In this document: piece after piece, positions 49,106-57,566 of the stretch
How positions within the stretch are numbered: position 1 is the first letter of the stretch
How the letters are laid out: each line of letters opens with the position of its first letter
Source of the DNA: a virus
Virus record (IMG/VR): IMGVR_UViG_3300044716_000883
Coordinates: 96,001 to 160,000 of that record
DNA length: 64,000 nucleotides
Reading direction: 5' to 3' (one strand)
Notes under the pieces: generated by a model
Databases searched by the model: none
What the model was told of the DNA's origin: nothing
What the model saw: the letters and a program-made list of their open reading frames with translations, nothing else
Made by a program: the position numbers and the translations under genes

Positions 49106-50278
49106 ATGAAAGTAGGTTTTATTGGCGTTGGCAAATTAGGCAAAGACGCCGCTGAAGTTATGCATGAAGCAGGTCATGATGTTTTAGGGTATGATGTAAG
49201 GATAGTGCATGACACAAAGATTAGAATGACAACATCATTAAAAAATGTTTGTGAGTATGGTGATATTATTTTTATCGCGGTTCCAACCCCACACCACCCA
49301 GATTATGATGGTAGCCAACCAACATCACATTTAGAGCCAAAAGATTTTAACTATAATATTGTTAAAAACATATTAGAAGAAATTAATCAATACACAACTA
49401 AAGAACAATTAGTAGTGTTAATATCAACAGTTCTACCAGGTACTACAAGACGTGAGTTTATTCCATTAGTAAAAAATTATAGGTTTATTTATAATCCTTA
49501 TTTAATTGCTATGGGTACTGTAAAATATGATATGGTTAATCCTGAGATGGTAATAATAGGAACTGAAGACGGTACTGAAACAGGGGATGCTAAATTGTTA
49601 ACTGAATTTTATAAATCATTTGTATATAATAATATAAGATATGAAATTGGTACTTGGGACGATGCTGAAGCAATTAAAATATTCTATAACACATTTATCT
49701 CAGCCAAATTATCATTAGTTAATATGATAATGGATGTAGCTGAAATAAATGGTAATATGAATACAGATGTTGTGACAGGTGCTTTAGAAAGAAGTACAAA
49801 ACGAATTATGGGTTCTTCTTATATGAAAGCTGGTATGGGAGATGGAGGTGGGTGTCATCCTCGAGATAATATTGCTTTAAGATACATGGCTGAAAAATAT
49901 AAGTTAGGATATGATTTATTTGATTCTATTATGAAATCTAGAGAAGTTCAAGCTGAAAACATAGCTAAACGCTTAATAGAATTACACGATGTATATGAAC
50001 TACCAATTGTTATTCTAGGCGAAAGCTACAAACCAGGAGTTCCATATATAGATGGTTCTTACACTAAATTAATTGGTTATTATTTAGAAAATAAATTAGA
50101 ATATAAAGGATTACAATATGATAAAACTGATAATCAGGCTGTGTATTTATTAGGACATAGGGGTGTACATAACACTACCGATTTCCCTAAGGGTAGCATT
50201 ATTTTAGATCCTTGGAGAGAAAGACTTAAAAAAGATACAATCTATTACGGAAATAAAATAACAAGATGGATATACTAG
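49106..50278 (+). CDS. ugd: UDP-glucose/GDP-mannose dehydrogenase family protein
   Basis: GFIGVGKLG, FIAVPTP, STVLPGTT, AEAIKIFYNTF, GGGCHPRD catalytic Cys. Confidence 0.85.
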   Translation: MKVGFIGVGKLGKDAAEVMHEAGHDVLGYDVRIVHDTKIRMTTSLKNVCEYGDIIFIAVPTPHHPDYDGSQPTSHLEPKDFNYNIVKNILEEINQYTTKEQLVVLISTVLPGTTRREFIPLVKNYRFIYNPYLIAMGTVKYDMVNPEMVIIGTEDGTETGDAKLLTEFYKSFVYNNIRYEIGTWDDAEAIKIFYNTFISAKLSLVNMIMDVAEINGNMNTDVVTGALERSTKRIMGSSYMKAGMGDGGGCHPRDNIALRYMAEKYKLGYDLFDSIMKSREVQAENIAKRLIELHDVYELPIVILGESYKPGVPYIDGSYTKLIGYYLENKLEYKGLQYDKTDNQAVYLLGHRGVHNTTDFPKGSIILDPWRERLKKDTIYYGNKITRWIY

Positions 50279-51837
50279 GAATATCAGCATATTACCATGA
50301 CTCAGCAGCTTGCTTATTTAGAGACGGCAAATTGATATATGCTTGTGAAGAAGAAAAATTTACAGGTATTAAACATGATTCTTCATTTCCTGTTAATTCA
50401 ATAAAGTATATTTTTGATCATTTTACTGATAAAGTAGATCTTGTATGCTATTATGAAAAACCTTCTTTAAAAATAAAAAGAGCATTTAAACATAATCTTA
50501 AATCTGTTCCTCGTATATTGTGGACTAGTATTAAATTATGGTTTCAATTAGGGCAATTTAATGCTCCTGTACATTATTCTTCTCACCATAATTCTCATTT
50601 AGCATATGCTTATTATACCTCACCTTTTGATAAAGCAACAGTAATTAGCATAGATGGCGTTGGTGAGGAAGATACAATATGTGTTGCTAAAGCTGAGTAT
50701 GGAAGAATAACACCAATAAAAACAACTAAATATCCACATTCATTAGGATTATTTTATTCTGCTATAACAGCATTTTTAGGATTTAAACCAAATGAAGGTG
50801 AATATAAAGTAATGGGTTTAGCATCATATGGTGACCCCTCAGTGTATTCTGGTGCTTTCAATAAATTAATTTCTCATAGAGATGGTATTAAAACAAACAT
50901 GAAATACTTTACTTGGGATAAAAGTAATGATACTATGTTTAATCATCACTTAATAGAATTATTAGGTGATAATAGATTACCTAATGAACCAATAACCCAA
51001 CGTCATAAAGATATTGCTGCTGCTTTACAACAACAATATGAGAGTATGTTTTTCTATTTATTAAATCAACATCCTGGAGAAAATTTATGTTTAGGGGGTG
51101 GTTGTGCTTATAATGGAACCGCAAATGGCAAAATTAAAGTATACACCGATTATAAAAACATTTATATACCACAAGCACCATCAGATGCTGGATCGTGTAT
51201 TGGTGCGTGTTTAAATTATTTAGGGTACCATCGTGAAGTAGACAAATATTTAGGGCCACATTTTGATACACAAATTCAAGGTGCTAGACTTTTAAATTTA
51301 TGGCTACTTGCTGAAGAATTATATAAAGGTAAAGTTATAGGTTGGTATGAAGGTAAAATTGAATTTGGAGCTCGCGCATTGGGTCACCGCAGTATATTAG
51401 CAAGCCCAACATACCCTGGTATGCAAGACCGTATCAATAAGCTCATTAAAAAACGAGAAATGTTCAGGCCTTTTGCTCCAATGGTAACTTATAATACCCA
51501 AAATAAGTATTTTTATTCCGATGATTACGTGCCTTATATGAACCAAGTAGTTAAGGTTAGAGAAGAATATAGAGATAAACTAACCGCAATTACACATGTT
51601 GATGGTACTGCTCGTATACAATCTGTAAAATTAGAAGATAATGATAGAATATATAGATTATTAAATCTTTTTGGTGAGCATAGTGGATTTCCTATATTAT
51701 TGAATACATCATTCAATATAAAAGATAAAACAATGGTGCTATACCCAGAAGATGCTTTACAAACGTTCTGGGATACCGACATAGACATATTAGTTATTAA
51801 CAATCAAATGATATTTAAAAATGATAAAATTAATTAA
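50266..51837 (+). CDS. O-carbamoyltransferase (NodU/CmcH/TobZ family)
   Basis: YHDSAA, EEEKF, HHNSH, DGVGE, GGCAYN, EFGARALGHRSILA, FRPFAP, HVDGTARIQ, LNTSFN. Confidence 0.93.
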   Translation: MDILGISAYYHDSAACLFRDGKLIYACEEEKFTGIKHDSSFPVNSIKYIFDHFTDKVDLVCYYEKPSLKIKRAFKHNLKSVPRILWTSIKLWFQLGQFNAPVHYSSHHNSHLAYAYYTSPFDKATVISIDGVGEEDTICVAKAEYGRITPIKTTKYPHSLGLFYSAITAFLGFKPNEGEYKVMGLASYGDPSVYSGAFNKLISHRDGIKTNMKYFTWDKSNDTMFNHHLIELLGDNRLPNEPITQRHKDIAAALQQQYESMFFYLLNQHPGENLCLGGGCAYNGTANGKIKVYTDYKNIYIPQAPSDAGSCIGACLNYLGYHREVDKYLGPHFDTQIQGARLLNLWLLAEELYKGKVIGWYEGKIEFGARALGHRSILASPTYPGMQDRINKLIKKREMFRPFAPMVTYNTQNKYFYSDDYVPYMNQVVKVREEYRDKLTAITHVDGTARIQSVKLEDNDRIYRLLNLFGEHSGFPILLNTSFNIKDKTMVLYPEDALQTFWDTDIDILVINNQMIFKNDKIN

Positions 51838-51928
51838 ACGCTGGATTGATAAATGGAAACACAAGCGTAAAATGAAAAAAAGAATTGAACAACTAAAGAA
51901 AAACGATCCATTCATCTATAAACATTAA
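51821..51928 (+). CDS. 35-aa basic peptide ending DPFIYKH (not in ORF track)
   Basis: MIKLIKRWIDKWKHKRKMKKRIEQLKKNDPFIYKH bridges the carbamoyltransferase and the kinase. Confidence 0.55.
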   Translation: MIKLIKRWIDKWKHKRKMKKRIEQLKKNDPFIYKH

Positions 51929-51929
51929 T

Positions 51930-52349
51930 ATGATAACAGTATTATTTGGACAACCACACTCAGGTAAAACAACATTAGCTGATAAACTAGAAGCGGATTA
52001 TTATATAGATGGAGACCATCTAAGAACTATGTTTCAAAACAAAGATTATAGTAGGCAAGGTAGAATTAATAACTTAAATAGAGCTAGTGATATTGCTACT
52101 TATTTACATTATAACGGTGAAAACGTAGTTTTATCTTTAGTTTATCCATACCAAGAAACAAGAAATTACTTAAATGGCTTGGTACCTGGGGTTAAATGGA
52201 TTTATTTAACATATGAAATAGATAGAGGTAGAGAACAATTCCACGTAGCTGATTTTGAACACCCAGCTGATGATGAAGCTCTATACTTAAATACAGAATG
52301 GATAAGCGAAGAAGATTGTATCAAACAAATTAAAGAATATGTGGGATAA
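51930..52349 (+). CDS. cysC: adenylylsulfate (APS) kinase-like protein
   Basis: FGQPHSGKTT P-loop, IDGDHLR, YSRQGRINN, VVLSLVYP. Confidence 0.8.
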   Translation: MITVLFGQPHSGKTTLADKLEADYYIDGDHLRTMFQNKDYSRQGRINNLNRASDIATYLHYNGENVVLSLVYPYQETRNYLNGLVPGVKWIYLTYEIDRGREQFHVADFEHPADDEALYLNTEWISEEDCIKQIKEYVG

Positions 52350-52737
52350 GAAAGTACATGTTAAAAGTTCAATGGAACGTAAAGATAGTCAATGGTCATT
52401 GTTTATTGGACGTTGGCAACCACTCCACACAGGCCATAAAGAATTATTTAGACAAGTAATTAGTGAAGGTGGTAAAGTGTGTGTTGGTATTAGAGATGGA
52501 GAAGTTAATGAAAAAAATCCATTTAGTCCATTTCAAGTAATGGATACTATTTTTAATGAAATGCAAGCTGAAGTAGAAGCAGGCACTCTAAAAGTAATCA
52601 TTATACCAGATATTTGCAGTGTTGAATTTGGACGCGGTGTTGGATACGATATTATAGAGCATATACCACCACCAGAAGTGGCCGAAATATCAGCGACTAA
52701 AATACGTGAACAAATGAAATCTGAAGGTAAATTATGA
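52339..52737 (+). CDS. HxGH nucleotidyltransferase (cytidylyltransferase-like; possible minimal ATP sulfurylase)
   Basis: IGRWQPLHTGH, KNPF, ISATKIR. Confidence 0.75.
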   Translation: MWDKKVHVKSSMERKDSQWSLFIGRWQPLHTGHKELFRQVISEGGKVCVGIRDGEVNEKNPFSPFQVMDTIFNEMQAEVEAGTLKVIIIPDICSVEFGRGVGYDIIEHIPPPEVAEISATKIREQMKSEGKL

Positions 52738-53081
52738 TAAAATATCCTACCTATTTTGTAGATATAGATGGTACACTAATTAAGTACAGAAAATTCAGTG
52801 AAATAAATGAAATACCACCAACACCTATACAAAGTGTTATTGATAAAGTAAATAATGAATATGACAACGGTACTCATATAGTAATTACAACTGCTCGACC
52901 TGCAGAACTTGAGTTGTTTACAAAACAAGAACTAGAAAAAATTGGCGTAAAATACCATCAATTAGTAATGGAAATTGGTAGAGGTACAAGATACATTATC
53001 AATGATAGAGACCCAGAAGCACCTGAAGTTGATAGAGCAGTTGGTATTAATTTAAATAGAAATGAAGGAATATGCATGTAA
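52734..53081 (+). CDS. HAD-superfamily phosphatase
   Basis: FVDIDGTL motif I, ITTAR motif II, INDR. Confidence 0.78.
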   Translation: MIKYPTYFVDIDGTLIKYRKFSEINEIPPTPIQSVIDKVNNEYDNGTHIVITTARPAELELFTKQELEKIGVKYHQLVMEIGRGTRYIINDRDPEAPEVDRAVGINLNRNEGICM

Positions 53082-53281
53082 GTAAAAAAAGACATATAGC
53101 CAAAACCATTAGTTATCGCGTTATTAGTACGCTGATTGGATTTGGCATTATGTGGGCTGTTACCGGCAGCATTAAAATCGGTGCTGCGTTTGGTATTGCT
53201 GAATTAGTATATAAACCAATACAGTATTACATTCATGAACGGATATGGTATAAGTGGATTAAATATGGTTTAAAAAACTAA
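53072..53281 (+). CDS. DUF2061-like small membrane protein
   Basis: RHIAKTISYRVISTL...YYIHERIWYK. Confidence 0.75.
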   Translation: MHVSKKRHIAKTISYRVISTLIGFGIMWAVTGSIKIGAAFGIAELVYKPIQYYIHERIWYKWIKYGLKN

Positions 53282-53295
53282 TATTTATATGTGTT

Positions 53296-53583
53296 ATGAA
53301 TAAAATAAAAGAAATAATGAGTGCATGGGCTGTATCATTTAACCCATCACCAGAACAAAGAGAATTAGCGGAGAAGCGATATGAGATATGTTTAGGTTGC
53401 GAACATTATGGTAAAAGTAGACCTGTAATCGGAGATGAATATTGTAAAAAATGTTTATGTTCTCTACAAAAAAAGGTATATACACCGAAATTAAACAAAA
53501 CCTGTCCTCTTAAAAAATGGGAAATTGTAGAAAAAGAATTTAAAGATAAAGAAATAAAAAAAAATAAACAAACATTAATATAA
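53296..53583 (+). CDS. Cys-rich metal-binding protein (DUF6171-like), copy 1
   Basis: RYEICLGC...CKKCLCSL..K...CPLKKW. Confidence 0.65.
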   Translation: MNKIKEIMSAWAVSFNPSPEQRELAEKRYEICLGCEHYGKSRPVIGDEYCKKCLCSLQKKVYTPKLNKTCPLKKWEIVEKEFKDKEIKKNKQTLI

Positions 53584-53587
53584 TAAT

Positions 53588-55051
53588 ATGAGAGCAGTTA
53601 TAGTCGGACTAGATTTTATATATGACTCAGTTGGCAATTTACTACCAATAGAAATGAACACAAACATTGGTTATGCCAACCAAAAAGTTGAAAAGGATTC
53701 AGATGTTTTTGATATGACTGAGTTTCAAAACTTTGTAACCACAAATGGGTTTTTAAAAGTAACATATATAGGTAAAAATACTCAAATTAAAGAACAAATT
53801 GAAAAGGTTACTACTCAACTTTCTTTAGAATTTGAGTCAATGTTGGTCTCAACATCTGCTATTACTATACCATATGTTGAAGATAGTCCAACACATTTAA
53901 TTGTAAGAACAGCTTTTGACACGACTGCAATTTTAGATGATCTTTATTGTGGAAATAAGATTAATTATTTAAACCTAATAAAAGACTCCGAATTTGGACT
54001 AGAGTTTGCATATCTTAATGAAGATGGAGAGTTAGTTAACCACATCACAAATATATTAGATAATGGAATCCACCCAAACTTCATATTAAAGGCTGTAAAA
54101 CCAGCATATGACAAAAAAATATACCCAAAATTTTATAGAGTTTCAAATCAAACAGAATTAGATATTGTATTACAAAACGTAACCTCTGATTATTTTTTAA
54201 TGCCATTCTACTTTAATGAAACAAAACTACATTCAGAAAAAATAACTAAAATAAGAAAAATTAGTATGTTTTTTCCTCCTAACTTGGAGTCTATCCATAT
54301 AGGAGCATATACTGATTTAGCAATACAAAAATTAAATAGCAATGTTGTTTTTGATCCAGATACATTTGAAATAGATAACATAAATAGGTTGGCATACTTT
54401 ACAAGAGATTTCAGGATAGAGGGTTTACCGAAATTAATGGATGATGATTATGTAATAATGGCTGATGATACAATGAAGAGCGGATTGGATTTGCAAGTTG
54501 GTGATTTAGTTAAAACAATAGATATACCCAACCCAGAAAATGCTGATGCTAAGAATATAATGGTTAATTATCAAATTGATATGGAAACCTTTTTAAGTGG
54601 TGTTACATATAGTACAAATAAAGTAACAAGCAAAAGAAGAATTGATATTGTAGTTGAAGTTATGGAAATAAATTTTAGTGATGGTACAAATTGGTTCGAT
54701 ACAGTAAACTCAAGTTATTTAGTTTACGAAAATAATGAAATTAAATTTAAAAAAATAATGGATTTTGTTGAAGGAGACATTGTGTTATTAGTTGATACAT
54801 CTGATAGCCAGAATGTACAAATACAACAAAAAATAGTACAAAGCACAACCTTAAAAGAAAAAGAATTTTCAGGTTGGACAATTTCAGTTGAGAGAGAACA
54901 TCTATTTTTAACAGTTACAACACCAAACACTACTAATGTATCTTTTGCTAATACATTTTTTGCTGCGGTGGAACATAATTATTATTCCTGTATTTATGAC
55001 ACTACATGTGGTAAAGGTTACTTTTGTCTCCGAGGCAGATGTACAACATAA
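53588..55051 (+). CDS. circularly permuted ATP-grasp-like ligase + Hint domain + 23-aa Cys-rich C-terminal peptide
   Basis: N-terminal DFIYD..GNL.PIEMNTN and ILKAVKP; Hint VIMADD...LQVGDLV, FSDG, VEREHLF, VEHN; tail YYSCIYDTTCGKGYFCLRGRCTT. Confidence 0.7.
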   Translation: MRAVIVGLDFIYDSVGNLLPIEMNTNIGYANQKVEKDSDVFDMTEFQNFVTTNGFLKVTYIGKNTQIKEQIEKVTTQLSLEFESMLVSTSAITIPYVEDSPTHLIVRTAFDTTAILDDLYCGNKINYLNLIKDSEFGLEFAYLNEDGELVNHITNILDNGIHPNFILKAVKPAYDKKIYPKFYRVSNQTELDIVLQNVTSDYFLMPFYFNETKLHSEKITKIRKISMFFPPNLESIHIGAYTDLAIQKLNSNVVFDPDTFEIDNINRLAYFTRDFRIEGLPKLMDDDYVIMADDTMKSGLDLQVGDLVKTIDIPNPENADAKNIMVNYQIDMETFLSGVTYSTNKVTSKRRIDIVVEVMEINFSDGTNWFDTVNSSYLVYENNEIKFKKIMDFVEGDIVLLVDTSDSQNVQIQQKIVQSTTLKEKEFSGWTISVEREHLFLTVTTPNTTNVSFANTFFAAVEHNYYSCIYDTTCGKGYFCLRGRCTT

Positions 55052-55098
55052 TACTAATCAACACCCCCAAATTAATTAATATTAAATTTCTATATAAA

Positions 55099-55176
55099 AT
55101 GACAAGTCAAGAAAAACAAATTACAGACAATATTGTAAATAGTATTGGTAATTTAATAGTGCAGGCTAATAGCTAA
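55099..55176 (+). CDS. 25-aa peptide (not in ORF track)
   Basis: MTSQEKQITDNIVNSIGNLIVQANS with A-rich start context in the gap after the Hint gene. Confidence 0.45.
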   Translation: MTSQEKQITDNIVNSIGNLIVQANS

Positions 55177-55202
55177 TTAAATAAGATTTTTAAATAAAGT
55201 TT

Positions 55203-55934
55203 ATGTCAATTTGTGTAAATAACGACCTTATATGGGTGGCAACCCCAAAATGTGCTAGCATGTCTATAGAATGTGCTTTTATTAATTCTAATCTGAACAT
55301 AGATCATTACAAATACGGACAAAGTAAATCTTATCCTGAACATCATCATATTAGGTTATCTGATTTGTATCAAAAATTTGGTAAAAAAGATACTGCAGTA
55401 ATTAAAAGAGATTATTTTGACAGATGGATTAGTGGATTACAGTATTTGTGGATGATGTATGAGGAAAAAAATTATGAAATAATAATAAAATGGGAAGATA
55501 TCAATAATGATTTTATATATGAGACTTTCACACCAGAATTTATCGATCAAATATACTCTTTACCATCCTCAGTAAATTCATCAGATCTATTAAGTTTTAG
55601 CGAAATAAACAAATATAAGGAAGTATTAAAACTAATTACTTCTAAATTAGTAAAACCAAAACTAAAAGACTCTAATACCCCCTTTAATCCATATTTTTTG
55701 CTAAAATCACAATCACATTGGGTAGATAATAATAAATGTACATATGAATTTAATATTAGTGAGATTGACAAATTTGAAAATTTTATTTCAAATAGATATA
55801 ATGTGAAATTTAAGGTATGTAAGTTAAATCAAAATAAATCTAGAAAAAATCAAATCATAAAAGACGAAAAACTTAAACAATGGGTATGGGATAATTTTGA
55901 GAAAAGATTTGAAAAAAGAAACTCATTAATATGA
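55203..55934 (+). CDS. sulfotransferase family protein (Sulfotransfer_2-like)
   Basis: WVATPKCASMSI (5'-PSB-like), RDYFDRWISG (3'-PB-like). Confidence 0.7.
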   Translation: MSICVNNDLIWVATPKCASMSIECAFINSNLNIDHYKYGQSKSYPEHHHIRLSDLYQKFGKKDTAVIKRDYFDRWISGLQYLWMMYEEKNYEIIIKWEDINNDFIYETFTPEFIDQIYSLPSSVNSSDLLSFSEINKYKEVLKLITSKLVKPKLKDSNTPFNPYFLLKSQSHWVDNNKCTYEFNISEIDKFENFISNRYNVKFKVCKLNQNKSRKNQIIKDEKLKQWVWDNFEKRFEKRNSLI

Positions 55935-56428
55935 TAATATCAAACAAATATTTTAATCATTCTGAATGTTTAACTATATTAGATTTTGTAAAATCCAACC
56001 AACAAAAATGGAAATTATTTAATAGAGAATATGAATCCCATGCTATAGATTATTCACTTGAAACAATGTGGTTATTTGAAAAGCTTAGTTCTTTTTTTGA
56101 AGAAAATATAAATTTAAAAATAAAAAAATTAAAACCACAAATACATTTTCATAAATTTAAAGAAGGTGATTGGTTTGGAAAACATAATGACGCCCGAGAT
56201 AATAGAGTATATGCTGTCGGTGTTTTATTAAATGACAATTTTGATGGAGGAGATTTTAAATTTTATAACCCAACAGAACAAACACTAAATAAAATAGTAG
56301 GAAATACTTACTTGTTTGATGTTAGAATTGAACATGAAATAACACCTATTATAAAAGGAGAAAGATATTCATTATTGTGGTTTTTACAAAACGAACATAT
56401 CAAATTTCAAACAAATAAATTAATATAA
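55931..56428 (+). CDS. 2OG-Fe(II) oxygenase (prolyl-hydroxylase-like)
   Basis: FKEGDWFGKHND (HxD), LLNDNFDGGDF, HEITPIIKGERYSL. Confidence 0.88.
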   Translation: MIISNKYFNHSECLTILDFVKSNQQKWKLFNREYESHAIDYSLETMWLFEKLSSFFEENINLKIKKLKPQIHFHKFKEGDWFGKHNDARDNRVYAVGVLLNDNFDGGDFKFYNPTEQTLNKIVGNTYLFDVRIEHEITPIIKGERYSLLWFLQNEHIKFQTNKLI

Positions 56429-57045
56429 TGAAAGGTACAGAAGAACTTATAATAAGTAACAATGCAATAAAATTATCAACTGATGATGAATATAGTGCCG
56501 TTATGCACATTGCCGAAAAATCTATAATGAATAAACTTGCAGAAATTGTTACTAAAAATGGAGGTGATATACTAGAAATTGGATTTGGTATGAACCTATC
56601 TGCCGATGCTATACAATCAAATCCAAATGTAACGTCTCATACTATAATTGAAATCCATCCTATACAATACCAAAGAGCATTAGAATGGGCAAAATTGCAA
56701 AAAAAGAAAACTACAATTTTACTAGGAGATTGGATTGATTTACTTCCACTTTCTGATGTAAAATTCGATGGTATTTTACATGATACACATTTAGACTCAA
56801 ATATACATAAATTTTTAGACTATGTTGTAGATAATTGTAAAAAAAATACGATTGTTGGTTTTTTTGGATTTCCTAAATTTGACTTACGTTTAAATGGAGT
56901 TAGATGTTCAATTGATAGTGAAATATATGAAACACTCCCTTATAAGGATAATATACATTTTAAACATAATCAATTTGAATTAAAATATACTATATTTGAT
57001 GGAACACAATTTAAATCAGACAATAAAACAATATCTTTACTATAA
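56428..57045 (+). CDS. class I SAM methyltransferase, GAMT/Rmt2-like
   Basis: VMHIAEKSIM..LAEIV...GGDILEIGFGMNLSADAIQ...HTIIEIHP; FDGILHDT. Confidence 0.78.
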   Translation: MKGTEELIISNNAIKLSTDDEYSAVMHIAEKSIMNKLAEIVTKNGGDILEIGFGMNLSADAIQSNPNVTSHTIIEIHPIQYQRALEWAKLQKKKTTILLGDWIDLLPLSDVKFDGILHDTHLDSNIHKFLDYVVDNCKKNTIVGFFGFPKFDLRLNGVRCSIDSEIYETLPYKDNIHFKHNQFELKYTIFDGTQFKSDNKTISLL

Positions 57046-57060
57046 GAAATCTGACTTAAA

Positions 57061-57498
57061 ATGATAAAATTCGAATTAGATATTAACGATTATAATTTAA
57101 TTAAAGATTTAAATGTATTGCAATATAAGGATGATTTGCAATCCGATGATATAAAAAAATTAATAACATATTTTAATTCTGAATATACATGGGATAAGAT
57201 GTTTAATTTTAATGATGTTACGGATAGAATTAAAAATGGCCATTTATTATTTATTTTATATTATGAAAATAAATCTATTGGATATGTATTTTTCAAACCA
57301 ATAACCAATTCCGAATTTTATCTTTATAATTTATATGTTACAAACAAAATATATCGTCCTTTCTATGCACCTCAGTGGTTTGTAAATAGATGTATAGGTT
57401 TATTACCAAAATCAATTTTAAAAATATTGTGTGAATGCGAAGACTGGCATGCATCAGCACAAAATGTGTTTATTTCAAACGGATTTATAAAAATTTAA
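57061..57498 (+). CDS. GNAT-fold acetyltransferase-like protein
   Basis: IGYVFF, FYLYNLYV, WHASAQNVFISNGF. Confidence 0.6.
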   Translation: MIKFELDINDYNLIKDLNVLQYKDDLQSDDIKKLITYFNSEYTWDKMFNFNDVTDRIKNGHLLFILYYENKSIGYVFFKPITNSEFYLYNLYVTNKIYRPFYAPQWFVNRCIGLLPKSILKILCECEDWHASAQNVFISNGFIKI

Positions 57499-57512
57499 TT
57501 ATATAAAATAAA

Positions 57513-57545
57513 TTTGGTGGTCTCCATTCTCTTGTATATATTTAT
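57513..57545 (+). promoter_or_regulatory. Bacteroidota-type promoter candidate TTTG-N20-TATATTTA
   Basis: TTTG 57513-57516, 20-nt spacer, TATATTTA from 57537, upstream of ATG 57567. Confidence 0.55.
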
Positions 57546-57566
57546 ATCAAACAAATAAAATTTATT

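Noticed and set aside
54431-54979. Canonical splicing intein or homing endonuclease
   Set aside because: No Cys/Ser at position 1, no Cys/Ser/Thr at +1, no LAGLIDADG/HNH domain; kept instead as a C-cleavage Hint.
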